Virus record (IMG/VR): IMGVR_UViG_3300021368_000002
Strand: one strand, 5' to 3'
DNA: 64,000 bases
DNA from: a virus
Lineage: Duplodnaviria; Caudoviricetes
The position numbers were made by a program, and so were the translations under genes. Positions 35,977-46,800 of this stretch are shown one piece after another. Numbering within the stretch: position 1 is the first letter of the stretch; every line of letters begins with the position of its first letter. The notes below the pieces were generated by a model, which was not told the DNA's origin, did no database searches, and saw only the letters and a program-made list of their open reading frames with translations.

Positions 35977-37484
35977 TATGTTATCTCTGCCAATCTTTTG
36001 CAAATATGCCAACAATAATTTTTTATAGCTGTTTCTATATCATTAACTGTCCATGCTTGATTTCCTGTAAATATATAAACCATATTACCAATAATACTCT
36101 GTCTAGCACTATTAGTTTGATTTAACATTAATTGTTCGCTACCTGTTCCCGGAGTTGTATTTGTTATTCCACCACTTATTGTCGGATGACTAGTCAAACT
36201 TGTGTAGCTTGTTTTATCACTATCTAAAAATACAGTAGGACTGTTGGCATAAAAACTCCAATCTCCCCAATGTGAAGTTGTTAAAGTAAAACAAACCATT
36301 ACCATAGAATTAATATTGTTATCGCCTGACCAACCCCAAATTTGATAAGTAGCTCCAGCTTTTCCTCCTGTGGGTAAAAAGTTGCCTACAGAAAATCCTC
36401 TATTAGTGTGTAACTCTACATCTGCTATACGTACATTTTTATTATTTGTAAAATTAGCTGTAGCAACAGGACTGGAAAGTCTACCGTAGAATGATTGATT
36501 TATAGCCCAAGGTCCATAGTATTGACTAGAATTACCACTACCAGGGTAATCAGGCTCGTATCGACCTATGCTAGGTTCCATTGCGCTTAAAAAAGTAAAT
36601 GGATACCTGTCGTTTGACGGTCCATTTATTTCAGCAGTTTTGTATAATGTTGCAGGCCAACTAGCCCAGGGTGATCTATGAGTTCCGCCGGTTTGATTAT
36701 ATATTCCATTTCTTAAATTTGAAGAGGTTCCTCCATGCCAGTTTGAATATATATTTGTTGTGTAATCGTAACCAAAAACACTACTAATGTCATCTGGATA
36801 TCTTAATCTAATACCATTCACAAATCTAAGTCCACTGCCGGAAAACACAGCACCTTGTCCTGAAGAAGTGTTACCTGTAGCCCATATATATTCACCTGTA
36901 CCATCATATGGAGGTTCCCCAGATCCAGTTAGGTTAATATCAGATTTAAAGTCATCATCATTTCCTAATAAGGCTGTTATTGTAAATAAATCATCAAAAT
37001 AACTTCTATCATAATCTGGATTGGTTGGCGCTGTATTAGAACTATCTGTAATACTAATACTAAATGCACTTCCTGGGTCAACATCTAGCTGTACTGTTAG
37101 AGTTTCTGTTTCAACTGTTGTATCTGATGCTAATTCGATGTCAAATGAACCTAAGCCTTCTGTAATTGTTACAGTTCCAGTTAAATTTCCGACTATATCT
37201 TCAGCCTGGACACCCGAAATTGTATATGCTAAACTAGTACCATCAGGAATTAGAGATGTAGATACTTGTATAGTTATGGTGTTTCCTTCTGCTAAACTTA
37301 CAGACTCAGAACTTAAACTATAAGTAGGTTGACTTATTGAAATTTTTCTCCATCCTGTTCCCCCATATATAAACAAATCTGTACCTATAAATGCTTTTTC
37401 TCCAATGTAAGCAACAGGAGGTAAGTCTGGTACTGAATTGTAATACTTAATATCAACATTTTTTACTACATTATATCTTGCCAT
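35976..37484 (-). CDS. Virion protein (502 aa): N-terminal anchor, Calx-beta/Ig-like domain, unknown aromatic-rich head
   Basis: YSLSSESVSLAEGNTITIQV....DGTSLAYTISGVQAEDIVGNLTGTVTI is shared with both neighbours. Confidence 0.55.
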   Translation of the reverse strand: MARYNVVKNVDIKYYNSVPDLPPVAYIGEKAFIGTDLFIYGGTGWRKISISQPTYSLSSESVSLAEGNTITIQVSTSLIPDGTSLAYTISGVQAEDIVGNLTGTVTITEGLGSFDIELASDTTVETETLTVQLDVDPGSAFSISITDSSNTAPTNPDYDRSYFDDLFTITALLGNDDDFKSDINLTGSGEPPYDGTGEYIWATGNTSSGQGAVFSGSGLRFVNGIRLRYPDDISSVFGYDYTTNIYSNWHGGTSSNLRNGIYNQTGGTHRSPWASWPATLYKTAEINGPSNDRYPFTFLSAMEPSIGRYEPDYPGSGNSSQYYGPWAINQSFYGRLSSPVATANFTNNKNVRIADVELHTNRGFSVGNFLPTGGKAGATYQIWGWSGDNNINSMVMVCFTLTTSHWGDWSFYANSPTVFLDSDKTSYTSLTSHPTISGGITNTTPGTGSEQLMLNQTNSARQSIIGNMVYIFTGNQAWTVNDIETAIKNYCWHICKRLAEIT

Positions 37485-37492
37485 TATATTTC

Positions 37493-39022
37493 CTATGTTG
37501 CAGAACTAGGATAACTTCTGCCTTGCCCCCAAATAATTCTTACTGCGCCAGGTAACGGAGTAGAACCGTCTTGTCCCAAAAACCATCTATAATAAAATCT
37601 AGCACCATAACTAGTTATAATTGCTTGATCTCGAATTCTACCACCAGCGCCACCACCACCACCGCCGCCGGCTCCAGAACCATTATTTGGAGCAGTTGAG
37701 CCGATTGCACTACTACCTGTGCCACCTTTAGTTCCACTATTGTAATTAATTACAAGTGGATTTGTACTAGTTACAAGATTAGGCGCACTGGTTCCGCCAC
37801 CACCTGTGCCACCTTGTCCATAAATATTTGTTCCGCCGCCCGGACCACCGCTGGCTTGTTTGTAATAGTTATATCCACCAGTACTTCTATAAAAGTCACC
37901 TAATCCACTACCGCCTTGGCCGCCACCGCCTCCGGTGCCATATCCTCCGGCTCCGCCACCGCCGCCAGGCCTTACACCACTGTTGCCACTCGCGCCTGCA
38001 TTACCATTTGATCCATTAGATCCTCCACTAGAGGTGCCATAGCTAGGATTTGTATAATATGCTCCTCCTGCTCCTCCACTAGTAATAGTGCTAGGCCGAT
38101 TGCCTCCTTCGCCTCTAATATAAACAACCGAATCTTTTGCAAGAAAACTCTGTCCACCATTGCTAGGATAATTGTAATTGTTCATTGTCGGATAAAAAGT
38201 TAGATATGAACCTGAATTGCTAGAAACATATTCAAAAGGAGTATTATAACTTGTAGATCCTCTGCTTCCTGCTGATCCTACTTGTACGGTAAAGGTATCT
38301 CCTGGTTGACATGATATACCATTCATCCAAGCAAGGCCTCCGCCTCCGCCTCCACCACCACTTCCGTTACTGTAATATCCTGTTGCTCCTCCAGCACCTC
38401 CTCCTATAACAACAGCACTTATGTCAACAACACCGGAAGGAACAGTAAAGGTATAGGAACCAGGACTTACATAAATTTGTTCTCCTGAAACTACAGTAGT
38501 TGTTACATCATTAATAACAACAGTTTGAGATAAGGAGCCTGTAGGATTTCCTAAACTATCATTTTGAGCAAGGGTTAAAGTAAAAGATTCAGCCCCTTCA
38601 GTAGCACCATCTAAACTAATACTACAAAATAATGATGCAACTCCACTGCCAATTGTTAAAGTACCAGTGAGCGAACTTAGTCCTAAATCTGCTGCTGTTA
38701 CACCATCTCCTGTAATTGTATAAGCTATAGTGACACCATCTTCTGTGTATGGAGCAACTAGTTCGAATACTACAGACTGTCCTTCATCGACAGTTGTTTT
38801 GTTTGCAGTCAGTGTAAACGGAGCAGCAACTTCTTGAGATTCTAATATCTTCCAAACACTGCCGTTGAATACTACAAAATCTTCTAAACTATCAATATAA
38901 GCAATTTGTCCTATATCTACATCATATTCGAGATCATCAGGAGTTGCATAAATTAAAGTATTGGCAATATTATCAACTTCGTTACCGTCGATGTCGTACC
39001 GCAATTTTTTATAAACTGCCAT
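37493..39022 (-). CDS. Virion protein (509 aa): N-terminal anchor, Calx-beta/Ig-like domain, Gly-rich PGII-like head
   Basis: FTLTANKTTVDEGQSVVFEL...DGVTIAYTITG; YTFTVPSGV..ISAVVIGGGAGG...GAVRIIWGQGRSYPS. Confidence 0.65.
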   Translation of the reverse strand: MAVYKKLRYDIDGNEVDNIANTLIYATPDDLEYDVDIGQIAYIDSLEDFVVFNGSVWKILESQEVAAPFTLTANKTTVDEGQSVVFELVAPYTEDGVTIAYTITGDGVTAADLGLSSLTGTLTIGSGVASLFCSISLDGATEGAESFTLTLAQNDSLGNPTGSLSQTVVINDVTTTVVSGEQIYVSPGSYTFTVPSGVVDISAVVIGGGAGGATGYYSNGSGGGGGGGGLAWMNGISCQPGDTFTVQVGSAGSRGSTSYNTPFEYVSSNSGSYLTFYPTMNNYNYPSNGGQSFLAKDSVVYIRGEGGNRPSTITSGGAGGAYYTNPSYGTSSGGSNGSNGNAGASGNSGVRPGGGGGAGGYGTGGGGGQGGSGLGDFYRSTGGYNYYKQASGGPGGGTNIYGQGGTGGGGTSAPNLVTSTNPLVINYNSGTKGGTGSSAIGSTAPNNGSGAGGGGGGGAGGRIRDQAIITSYGARFYYRWFLGQDGSTPLPGAVRIIWGQGRSYPSSAT

Positions 39023-40002
39023 TACTTCTCCTTCAGTAACCAGCCAACTGACGTGTTTACGTATACAAGACTTGATCCTGCATAATCAACATCAACTGTT
39101 AAACTTTCTGCAAGACCTTGAATAAAGTGTTGTGAACTTGAAACAGTCAAATTGTTAGTAGCAAAAGTGCCTCCTATATCTAAAAACCTTACTTCGTCTC
39201 CTGTTGAAGGATTTGTAGGTAGGTTAATTGTAATAGCACCAGATGATGTATTTGTAAACACTAGAGTATTTGCAGCAACATTATACGGACTATCGGAACT
39301 TGTAATAGTGACATTTGACAAATTTTGTCCTCCACCACTGCCACTACCTCCTGTGTTGTCTATAAATTCAATTGCTGTTCCGGTTGCATTTACTGCTAGT
39401 ATTTTATTAGCCGCAGCTGACATAGAAGACGGAGTATCTGTCAGTCCAACAAATGAACTACTTCCACTACCACCGCCTGTGCCATTATATGTTTCAATTA
39501 TACCACTGCCATTTGTTTGTACCCATACACTTTCAGTGCTGTACCATACAGCTAATATACCTAATTCACTATCGTACCACAAATCACCAGCAGCCGGGCT
39601 AGTAGGAGGAGTTGTCGAAACTGTTACACTTGCGCCACCTGAACCACCTGAACCACCGCTGCCTGTTATTGTTAAAATATTATTAGTCAAAGAAGTTGTT
39701 ATACCAGTGCCGCCTACAATCGCAAATGTAGTGCTTCCTGGTGCTGCTGCTGAAGTTCCTGTATCTGCTTGAATAGAGTTGTATGCAGTGCTTGAACTTG
39801 TAGTAGGAACAAAACCTGTACCGTTGTATGCTAAAACTTGTCCATTCGTAGCATTATCTATACTAATTTTTAAACTAGATCCGTCACCTATTGCATTATA
39901 AACTTCACTAAAATTACTGTTTACTTTTCCTGCACCCGAACGTAGGCTATCACCTGTTCCGTCGTTAGCTGCTAATCCTGTTTGTATTTCTTGTCTAGCC
40001 AT
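39022..40002 (-). CDS. Baseplate wedge/tail-fibre connector-like protein (T4 gp9/gp10-type N-terminus)
   Basis: MARQEIQTG..ANDGTGDSLR....KVNSNFSEVY is the gp9/gp10-family N-terminal motif. Start ATG 40002 with SD GAGGA; the ORF track begins at 40020. Confidence 0.7.
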   Translation of the reverse strand: MARQEIQTGLAANDGTGDSLRSGAGKVNSNFSEVYNAIGDGSSLKISIDNATNGQVLAYNGTGFVPTTSSSTAYNSIQADTGTSAAAPGSTTFAIVGGTGITTSLTNNILTITGSGGSGGSGGASVTVSTTPPTSPAAGDLWYDSELGILAVWYSTESVWVQTNGSGIIETYNGTGGGSGSSSFVGLTDTPSSMSAAANKILAVNATGTAIEFIDNTGGSGSGGGQNLSNVTITSSDSPYNVAANTLVFTNTSSGAITINLPTNPSTGDEVRFLDIGGTFATNNLTVSSSQHFIQGLAESLTVDVDYAGSSLVYVNTSVGWLLKEK

Positions 40003-40501
40003 TTGGATCCTCGTTATCAAATTTCAAGTCTTTATTATCAAATGTAATTGTTACTAAGTCAAATGTAGGAAATACACTTAACTTTCTATAATCTTTTTGT
40101 GGAGGATTCAGCGGGACATCTGGTATTGTTATTGTTCCTTCGCCAATTCCTTGGAAAACTCTTAATGTAAGTTCTCCGTTGTCGTCTACATAATAATTAA
40201 AGTCTCTATCATCAAATTTATACTGACTGTAAATTAAATTTCCGTATCTAGTTTCATGAAATTCATCTATACCTTCGAAAAAATCGCTTCCTGGGATAAA
40301 ATGGGGGAAGTCTTGATCTGCATAATCTCCGATTCCGTTAATTACAATTCCGTCATCACTATCTAAACTATCAACTTTACCTAAAATAAGTTCACCTTCT
40401 TCGGCACGTAGCCCGTAGAAAAATCTTTGCCCGGCTGTTTGTTTTGCAACAATCCTCGGATTATTTCCTACATACCATTTAGTTGCTTTGCTACGAGCCA
40501 T
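39995..40501 (-). CDS. Conserved hypothetical virion protein (168 aa), paralog of 28687-29055
   Basis: See the shared motifs under 28687-29055. Overlaps the next start by 8 nt (ATGGCTAG). Confidence 0.7.
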   Translation of the reverse strand: MARSKATKWYVGNNPRIVAKQTAGQRFFYGLRAEEGELILGKVDSLDSDDGIVINGIGDYADQDFPHFIPGSDFFEGIDEFHETRYGNLIYSQYKFDDRDFNYYVDDNGELTLRVFQGIGEGTITIPDVPLNPPQKDYRKLSVFPTFDLVTITFDNKDLKFDNEDPNG

Positions 40502-40508
40502 GATGATC

Positions 40509-40838
40509 CTACAATATTTCTACATAACTTACAATACAATCTACACTAGCTGCAAGATTGCTTTTAACAGCTAGTTGGTTGTCATTTGCTAATATAAGTT
40601 TTTCACCACCATTTATTGCTCTTAAACTACTATTTGGTGGTAGAGGTACTTGTTTTAAATAAAATACTTCTGTATCTGTGCTATCAGTTACAGTTACGTC
40701 TACAAAAAGATTACTTTCACTTACATTAGCTAAACTTATACCAATTACAGTAAGTTTACTGTTATTAGTATTATCTAAAACAGTTTGCTTTGTTGTTCCT
40801 ATATCTTTAAATGTTGCATTTCTAAAATATGTTGCCAT
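40509..40838 (-). CDS. Small virion adaptor protein (109 aa), paralog of 18909-19229
   Basis: TVIGISLANV......VDVTV......V.YLKQVPLPPNSSL......KLILA.DNQL.V.S....SVD.IVSYVEI. Confidence 0.6.
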   Translation of the reverse strand: MATYFRNATFKDIGTTKQTVLDNTNNSKLTVIGISLANVSESNLFVDVTVTDSTDTEVFYLKQVPLPPNSSLRAINGGEKLILANDNQLAVKSNLAASVDCIVSYVEIL

Positions 40839-40842
40839 TTTT

Positions 40843-43800
40843 TTATCCCATAATTAACGCTGCTGCGAACGCTTGATCTTCAGATGCTTGTTGTGTTATT
40901 CCACCTGTACTAGATGCTGCGACAGGCGTCCATGCACTTCCGTCCCACTGTAAATAATCTCCAACTTGTTTTCCTGTTGTATCAATATCTCCAATTTGAT
41001 CTAAAATAATACTAACATTAGCACCATCAATAGTACCAGGCTGCCATCTATTATTTGCATCATTCCAAACAAGTGCTTGCGCATCATTTGCACCAACTTG
41101 TTCAAGCTGGTGTGTTTTTATTAAACTATTTACTGCATCTATCAATAATACCGAGTCATCTCCGAACACACTACCTTTTAGATCGCCGATCATATCATCG
41201 CCTGCGCTGTAAAATCCTACATCATCAGTAAACGAAGATAGCAATGTAGGAACATTCAATAGATCGCCGTAATCTCCACTAAATGCTACATTAGCAAAAG
41301 AAGGAATATTACTTAAACTTGTATAGCTTAATTGACCAAAAGAAGTATTGCCTGATCCGTCTGTTATTAATGCCTCGCCGACATTACCGTCTGCTGTTGG
41401 TAAGTTGTATGCATTGTTAATTCTAATTGAACCATCAATACCACTTATTTTAATTCTTTCAGAGGAAAGATTAAGAACATTATTATTTGCCGATCCTTGG
41501 TCACCAGTTTTAAATATTATGTCACCGCTTGCTGCATTACCTGTACTTGTACCAGCTTCGATAGTCAAGTTACTGCCGCTTACATTGGTTCCTGATGAAT
41601 TAGGAGTTTTTATTGTTCTATTAACAGACCCAGTAGTAGTTGTTGCTGTTTCGTTTAAATAGATATTTCCGTCTGCAAAAATGTCAGTTGTATTTGCAAG
41701 AACAATACTGTTAGCATTTAATTCAATTTGAGGTACATTTGCTTGGTTAGCATATTTTAACGCAACACCTTGAGAGAATATTTCATTCTGCATAGTAAGC
41801 GTACTATTAATTGTAATAGCACTATTAGATGTGCCTCCTCTTGCTGCAACATCGCCAAATGTATCTGTTAAACTTGCACTTGTTAAATATCCGCTTGTAT
41901 TATTAAAGCTGATTACACCGGTACTTTGATCAAAACTAATATCACCAGTGCCGCTAATTGCAGTTAGAGTAATTACGCCTATGTCATCATTAAGATCGCC
42001 TAAGTCTGTTGCAATCTTTTGATAGGCACTTCCATCGTTTGTAAATTCCCATTCACCGTTTGTTTCATTCCAACGTAGAGCAACATCAGTTTGGTTACCC
42101 CTGTTAATTTCAATACCAGCATTTTCGGTAGGAGCAGTAGCTGATCCCACATCACTGTTTAGCGTAATTAAGTTGTCGCCAACATTTAACGTAGTTGAAT
42201 TAACAGTTGTTGTTGTACCGCTGACTGTTAAGTTACCATTAACAGTCATGTCATTGACTGTAATGTTATTTGTTGTAGTGTTGCCGCGGCCTGTTACACT
42301 GTCAAGTGTATCGGTTTCATTAATATTTGCACTTGTTAAGTATCCACTTGTGTTGTTGAAACTAATTTCACCTGTTGTGCTGTTATAACTAATGTCGCCA
42401 ACACCGCTTACTAATCCACGTACTTCGGCATCTGTTCTCTCAGTGAAAGATATTGTACCAGTTGCACTATCGTATGATAAATCACCTGACGCACTTATCA
42501 ATCCACGTACTTCTGCATCAGTACGCTCTGTAAAACTAAACGTACCTGTTGCATTATCATATGATAAGTCGCCACCAGCTGCAAACAATGCTCTTACTTC
42601 TGCATCAGTACGTTCTGTAAAACTATATGTACCGCTTGCATTGTCATAAGTTAAATCACCGCCAGCTGATAAATCAGTAAGAGTAATAAAGTTTGCGTTG
42701 TTTGTTAAATCACTAGTATCAACTGCAAATACTTTGTAATCTGTACCGTTATTAGTGAATGTCCACTGTGTATTAGATTCGTCCCATTGTATTTTTACAG
42801 TGTTTTCAACACCACGTCTTACAGCAATCCCTGCATCTTCTGTAGGATTACCAGTAACATCGCTGTTTAGTGTTATTTCGTTATCTGCAACATCTAAAGT
42901 TGTAGTATTAATTGTAGTTGTTGTACCACTAACTGTAAGATTTCCGCTCACTGTCATATTATTAACAGTAATATCGTTAGTTGTAGTGTTACCTCTACCG
43001 GTTACACTATCTAGTGTATCTGTTTCTGAATAACTTGTTAAATATCCTGTGGTATTATTAAAACTTATAACACCAGTTGTATTGTTATATGAGATATCTC
43101 CAGTGCCGCTTATAAGTCCACGTATTTCTGAATCAGATCGTTTTGTATAAGACATAACACCTGTTGAAGCATTATATGTAAGATCTCCACCAGCACTTAT
43201 AAGTCCACGCACTTCTGCATCAGTGCGCTCTGTAAACGACACAACTCCTGTTGCACTATCGTATGATAAATCACCACCTGCGCTAATTGCACCTCTTGCT
43301 CTAGCAGTAGTAAAGTAAAGATTAGATCCTGATTCGCTAATATCACCTGTTCCTAAAACAACAGCACCTGTTTTAGTATTAACACTCGAAACTGCTTGAG
43401 CACCAGCAGTAAAGCTAATCACACCAGTTGTAGAATTATATGAAATATCTCCACTTGCACTTATTAATCCTCTAATCTCAGCATCTGTTCTTTCAGTGTA
43501 ACTAAATTGTCCAGATGTAGAATTATAAGAAAGACTGCCTGCTGCGCTAAACAAACTTCTAATATTTGCATCTGTGCGCTGTGTCGGAGTATTAATTAAG
43601 TCAGTATAATCTCCTGTAGTAGCAACAGTTGCTAGAGTAGGAGTACCGCTTACTTCTGTGTATGCAACTTTTCCAAATGTTACAGCACCGCTACCATCAG
43701 TAACCATTGCTTGTCCTGATGTACCATCACTTGAAGGTAAGCTATATGCTGCGTTAATTGTAACTGCACCGTTGCTACCGCTTATCTTTAAACGTTCAGA

Positions 43801-46800
43801 TAGCGCATTTGTTGTAGATCCTGTTGAACCTGTGCTACCTGTTTTAAATATTATGTTACCACCGGCACCTGTACCAGTCGAACTACCTGCTTCGATACTT
43901 AAATTATTACCAGCAACGTCAGTACCTAATGCATTTGCAGTTGCAATTTTCTTTGTGTCACCGCCACTTGTATTAGTTTGCTGATTTGCTAACCATAAAT
44001 CACCATCTGAATAAAGTTGGTTGATATAATTAAGTTGAATGTAGCCATTGTACATTCCCACATTTGTTTTATTAGTACCTACTTCAGTTTGTAAAATAGT
44101 ACCGTTAGTAAATATTTCATTACCTACAGTCATATTTCCGCTAAACGTTACATTATCTGTTGTAGTTGCACCTCTGCCAGTAACAGTTGCTAAGGTATCT
44201 GTTTCAGCAGTAAGATATCCTGCTCCGTTAGAAAAACTTATAACACCTGTAGAGCTATCGTACGAAATATCTCCAGTGGCACTTATACCAGCTCGTGTAA
44301 TAAAGTTACTATCGTTAGTAAATGTACTTAAATTTGCACCAACAAGTGCAACGTCTGTTCCGCCAACTGTTAATCCACCAAATTCTGCAGAATTTGTTGT
44401 TGTTGCTCCTCGCCCTGTAACCGTATCAAGCGTGTCAGTTTCAGTATAACTTGTTAGATAATTGCTAGTATTGTTAAAACTTATTTGTCCTGTTGCACTA
44501 TCATAAGAAATATCACCAGTTCCGCTTATTCCTGCTCTAGTAATATATCCTGTGTTATTATTAAAAGTTATGATACCTGTATTTGTGTCATAACTAATAT
44601 CACCTGTAGCACTTATTCCACTTCTTGAGATAAAATTACTATCGTTAGATAACTGACTTACTGCATTGGCAAGCACATAATATGTAGAACCATCATTTGT
44701 AAATTCCCATTTATCGCTTGTTTCATTCCAACGTATATCAACATTAGTTGATGTTCCACGTTCTACTATAAATCCTGCATTTTCGCTAGGTGCACCTGTA
44801 ACATCTGAATTTAAAACTATTTGATTGTCTGCTACATTTAAGGTTGCAGTGTTTATTGTAGTTGTAGTGCCACTAACTGTTAAATTACCAGAAACAGTCA
44901 TGTCGCCTACAGTAATATTATTTGTTGTAGTTGCACCTCGCCCAGTTACACTATCTAGTGTATCTGTTTCTGTATAATTTGTTAGATATCCACTATTATT
45001 TGCAAAACTTATAACACCTGTGCTATTATCATATGAAATATCACCTGTTGCACTAATTAATCCTCTTACTTCTGAGTCTGTACGCTCAGTAAAGCTAATT
45101 ACACCAGTAGAATTGTTATAACTTATACTTCCACTTGCACTAATAAGCCCACGTACTTCTGAATCTGTACGCTCAGTAAAGCTAAATGTTCCGTTAGTAT
45201 TGTTATAACTTAAACTTCCAGTAGCACTTAAACTTGCTAATGTAATAAAGTTTGTATCATTTGTAAAACTACTTAAAGTTGTTGGAGTAGAATAACTTAT
45301 AACACCAGTTGAACTATTATAACTTAAATCTCCAGCAACACTTATTGCTGCCCTAGCTCTTGTATTAGTAAAATATAAGTTTGTAGAACCTTCAGATAGA
45401 TCATCTGTTGTTTTTGAAGCGAAATCTGTATCAAAACTGTTAGATACATAAGGATCTGCAGGTTCCCAGTACTGATTTGCATTATCCCATACTAAAAATT
45501 GTCCGTTTGCCGGTGTTGTTGTATAATTTACATCAGTTAAATCAGCAATACTTGCAGCAGCTATTCTTGCATCTGCTTCTGTATCTGTATATTTTGTAAT
45601 ACTGAATACACCCGTTGTGCTATTATATGCAAGATCTCCACCTGCACTAACTAGGCCTCTTACCTCTGCATCTGTTCTTTCAGTAAAAGATATAACACCA
45701 GATGAGTTGTCGTATGAAATATCACCACTTGCACTAAGATCAGCAAGTTTTATATATCCTGCATTGTTAGTTAGATCACCTAAGTCTACAGGTGCGGTGT
45801 AACTTATAACACCAGTGGTGCTATTATAACTTATATCGCCTGTTGCACTAATCAGTCCTCGTACTTCTGCATCTGTGCGTTCTGTAAAACTAAAGATTCC
45901 AGTTGCACTATCATAAGATAAATCTCCAGTTGCACTTACTGCTGCCCTAACTCTTGCATCTGTGTAATATAAATTTGTGCCTTCGCTAAGATCAGTTGTA
46001 GATTTTGCTGCAAATGCTGTGTTAAATCTAGCCTGTGTATAGTATAAGTTGTTTGTTCCCTCAGCAAGGTCATCTGTTGTAACACCACTAAGGTCTAGAT
46101 TTGAACCAGTATTAGATTGAATACGTGCATCAACTCTTGCATCTGTGTAATAAAGATTTGTACTACCTTCACTAAGTGCATCTGTGTCGTGATTTGAAAT
46201 ATCACTTACTGTACCTGTAACATCACCTGTTAAATTTCCAGTAAATCCTGTGCTTGCTGTAACAGTTGTACCTGTAATTGCAGCAGCAGATGTGCCACCT
46301 ATAATAGTTCCGTCTATTGTACCGCCATTTATATCTACAGTGGCAAATGTGCTTGTTCCAGAACTAGTAATATCGCCTGTAACATTACCAGTTACATTAC
46401 CTGTTAGATCACCTGTGACATTACCAGTTACATTACCGGTGACATTACCTACTAAATTAGTTGCTAAATCTTTATTTGCTGTCCATCTATCATTTGTTGA
46501 GTCGTATGTAAAGGTTGCATTTGCACCATCTACAGTCAAACCTGCTCCATCTGCTGCCGCAGCATTTGCTGCACCGCTTGCAACAACTATATTAAGGTCA
46601 TCAACAGTCAGTGTTGTGCTATTAAGTGTTGTTGTAGTGCCGTTTACAGTAAGATCGCCTTCAACAATCAAACTATCGTCAATAGTTACAGTTGTGCCTG
46701 TTCCTGTAGCTGTGATTGTATCTGTTAAAACAGTGCCTGTTGCAGTTACATTAACAAATGTAGGACTATCAGTAGTTTCAATTCCCTGTCCAATGCTAAT

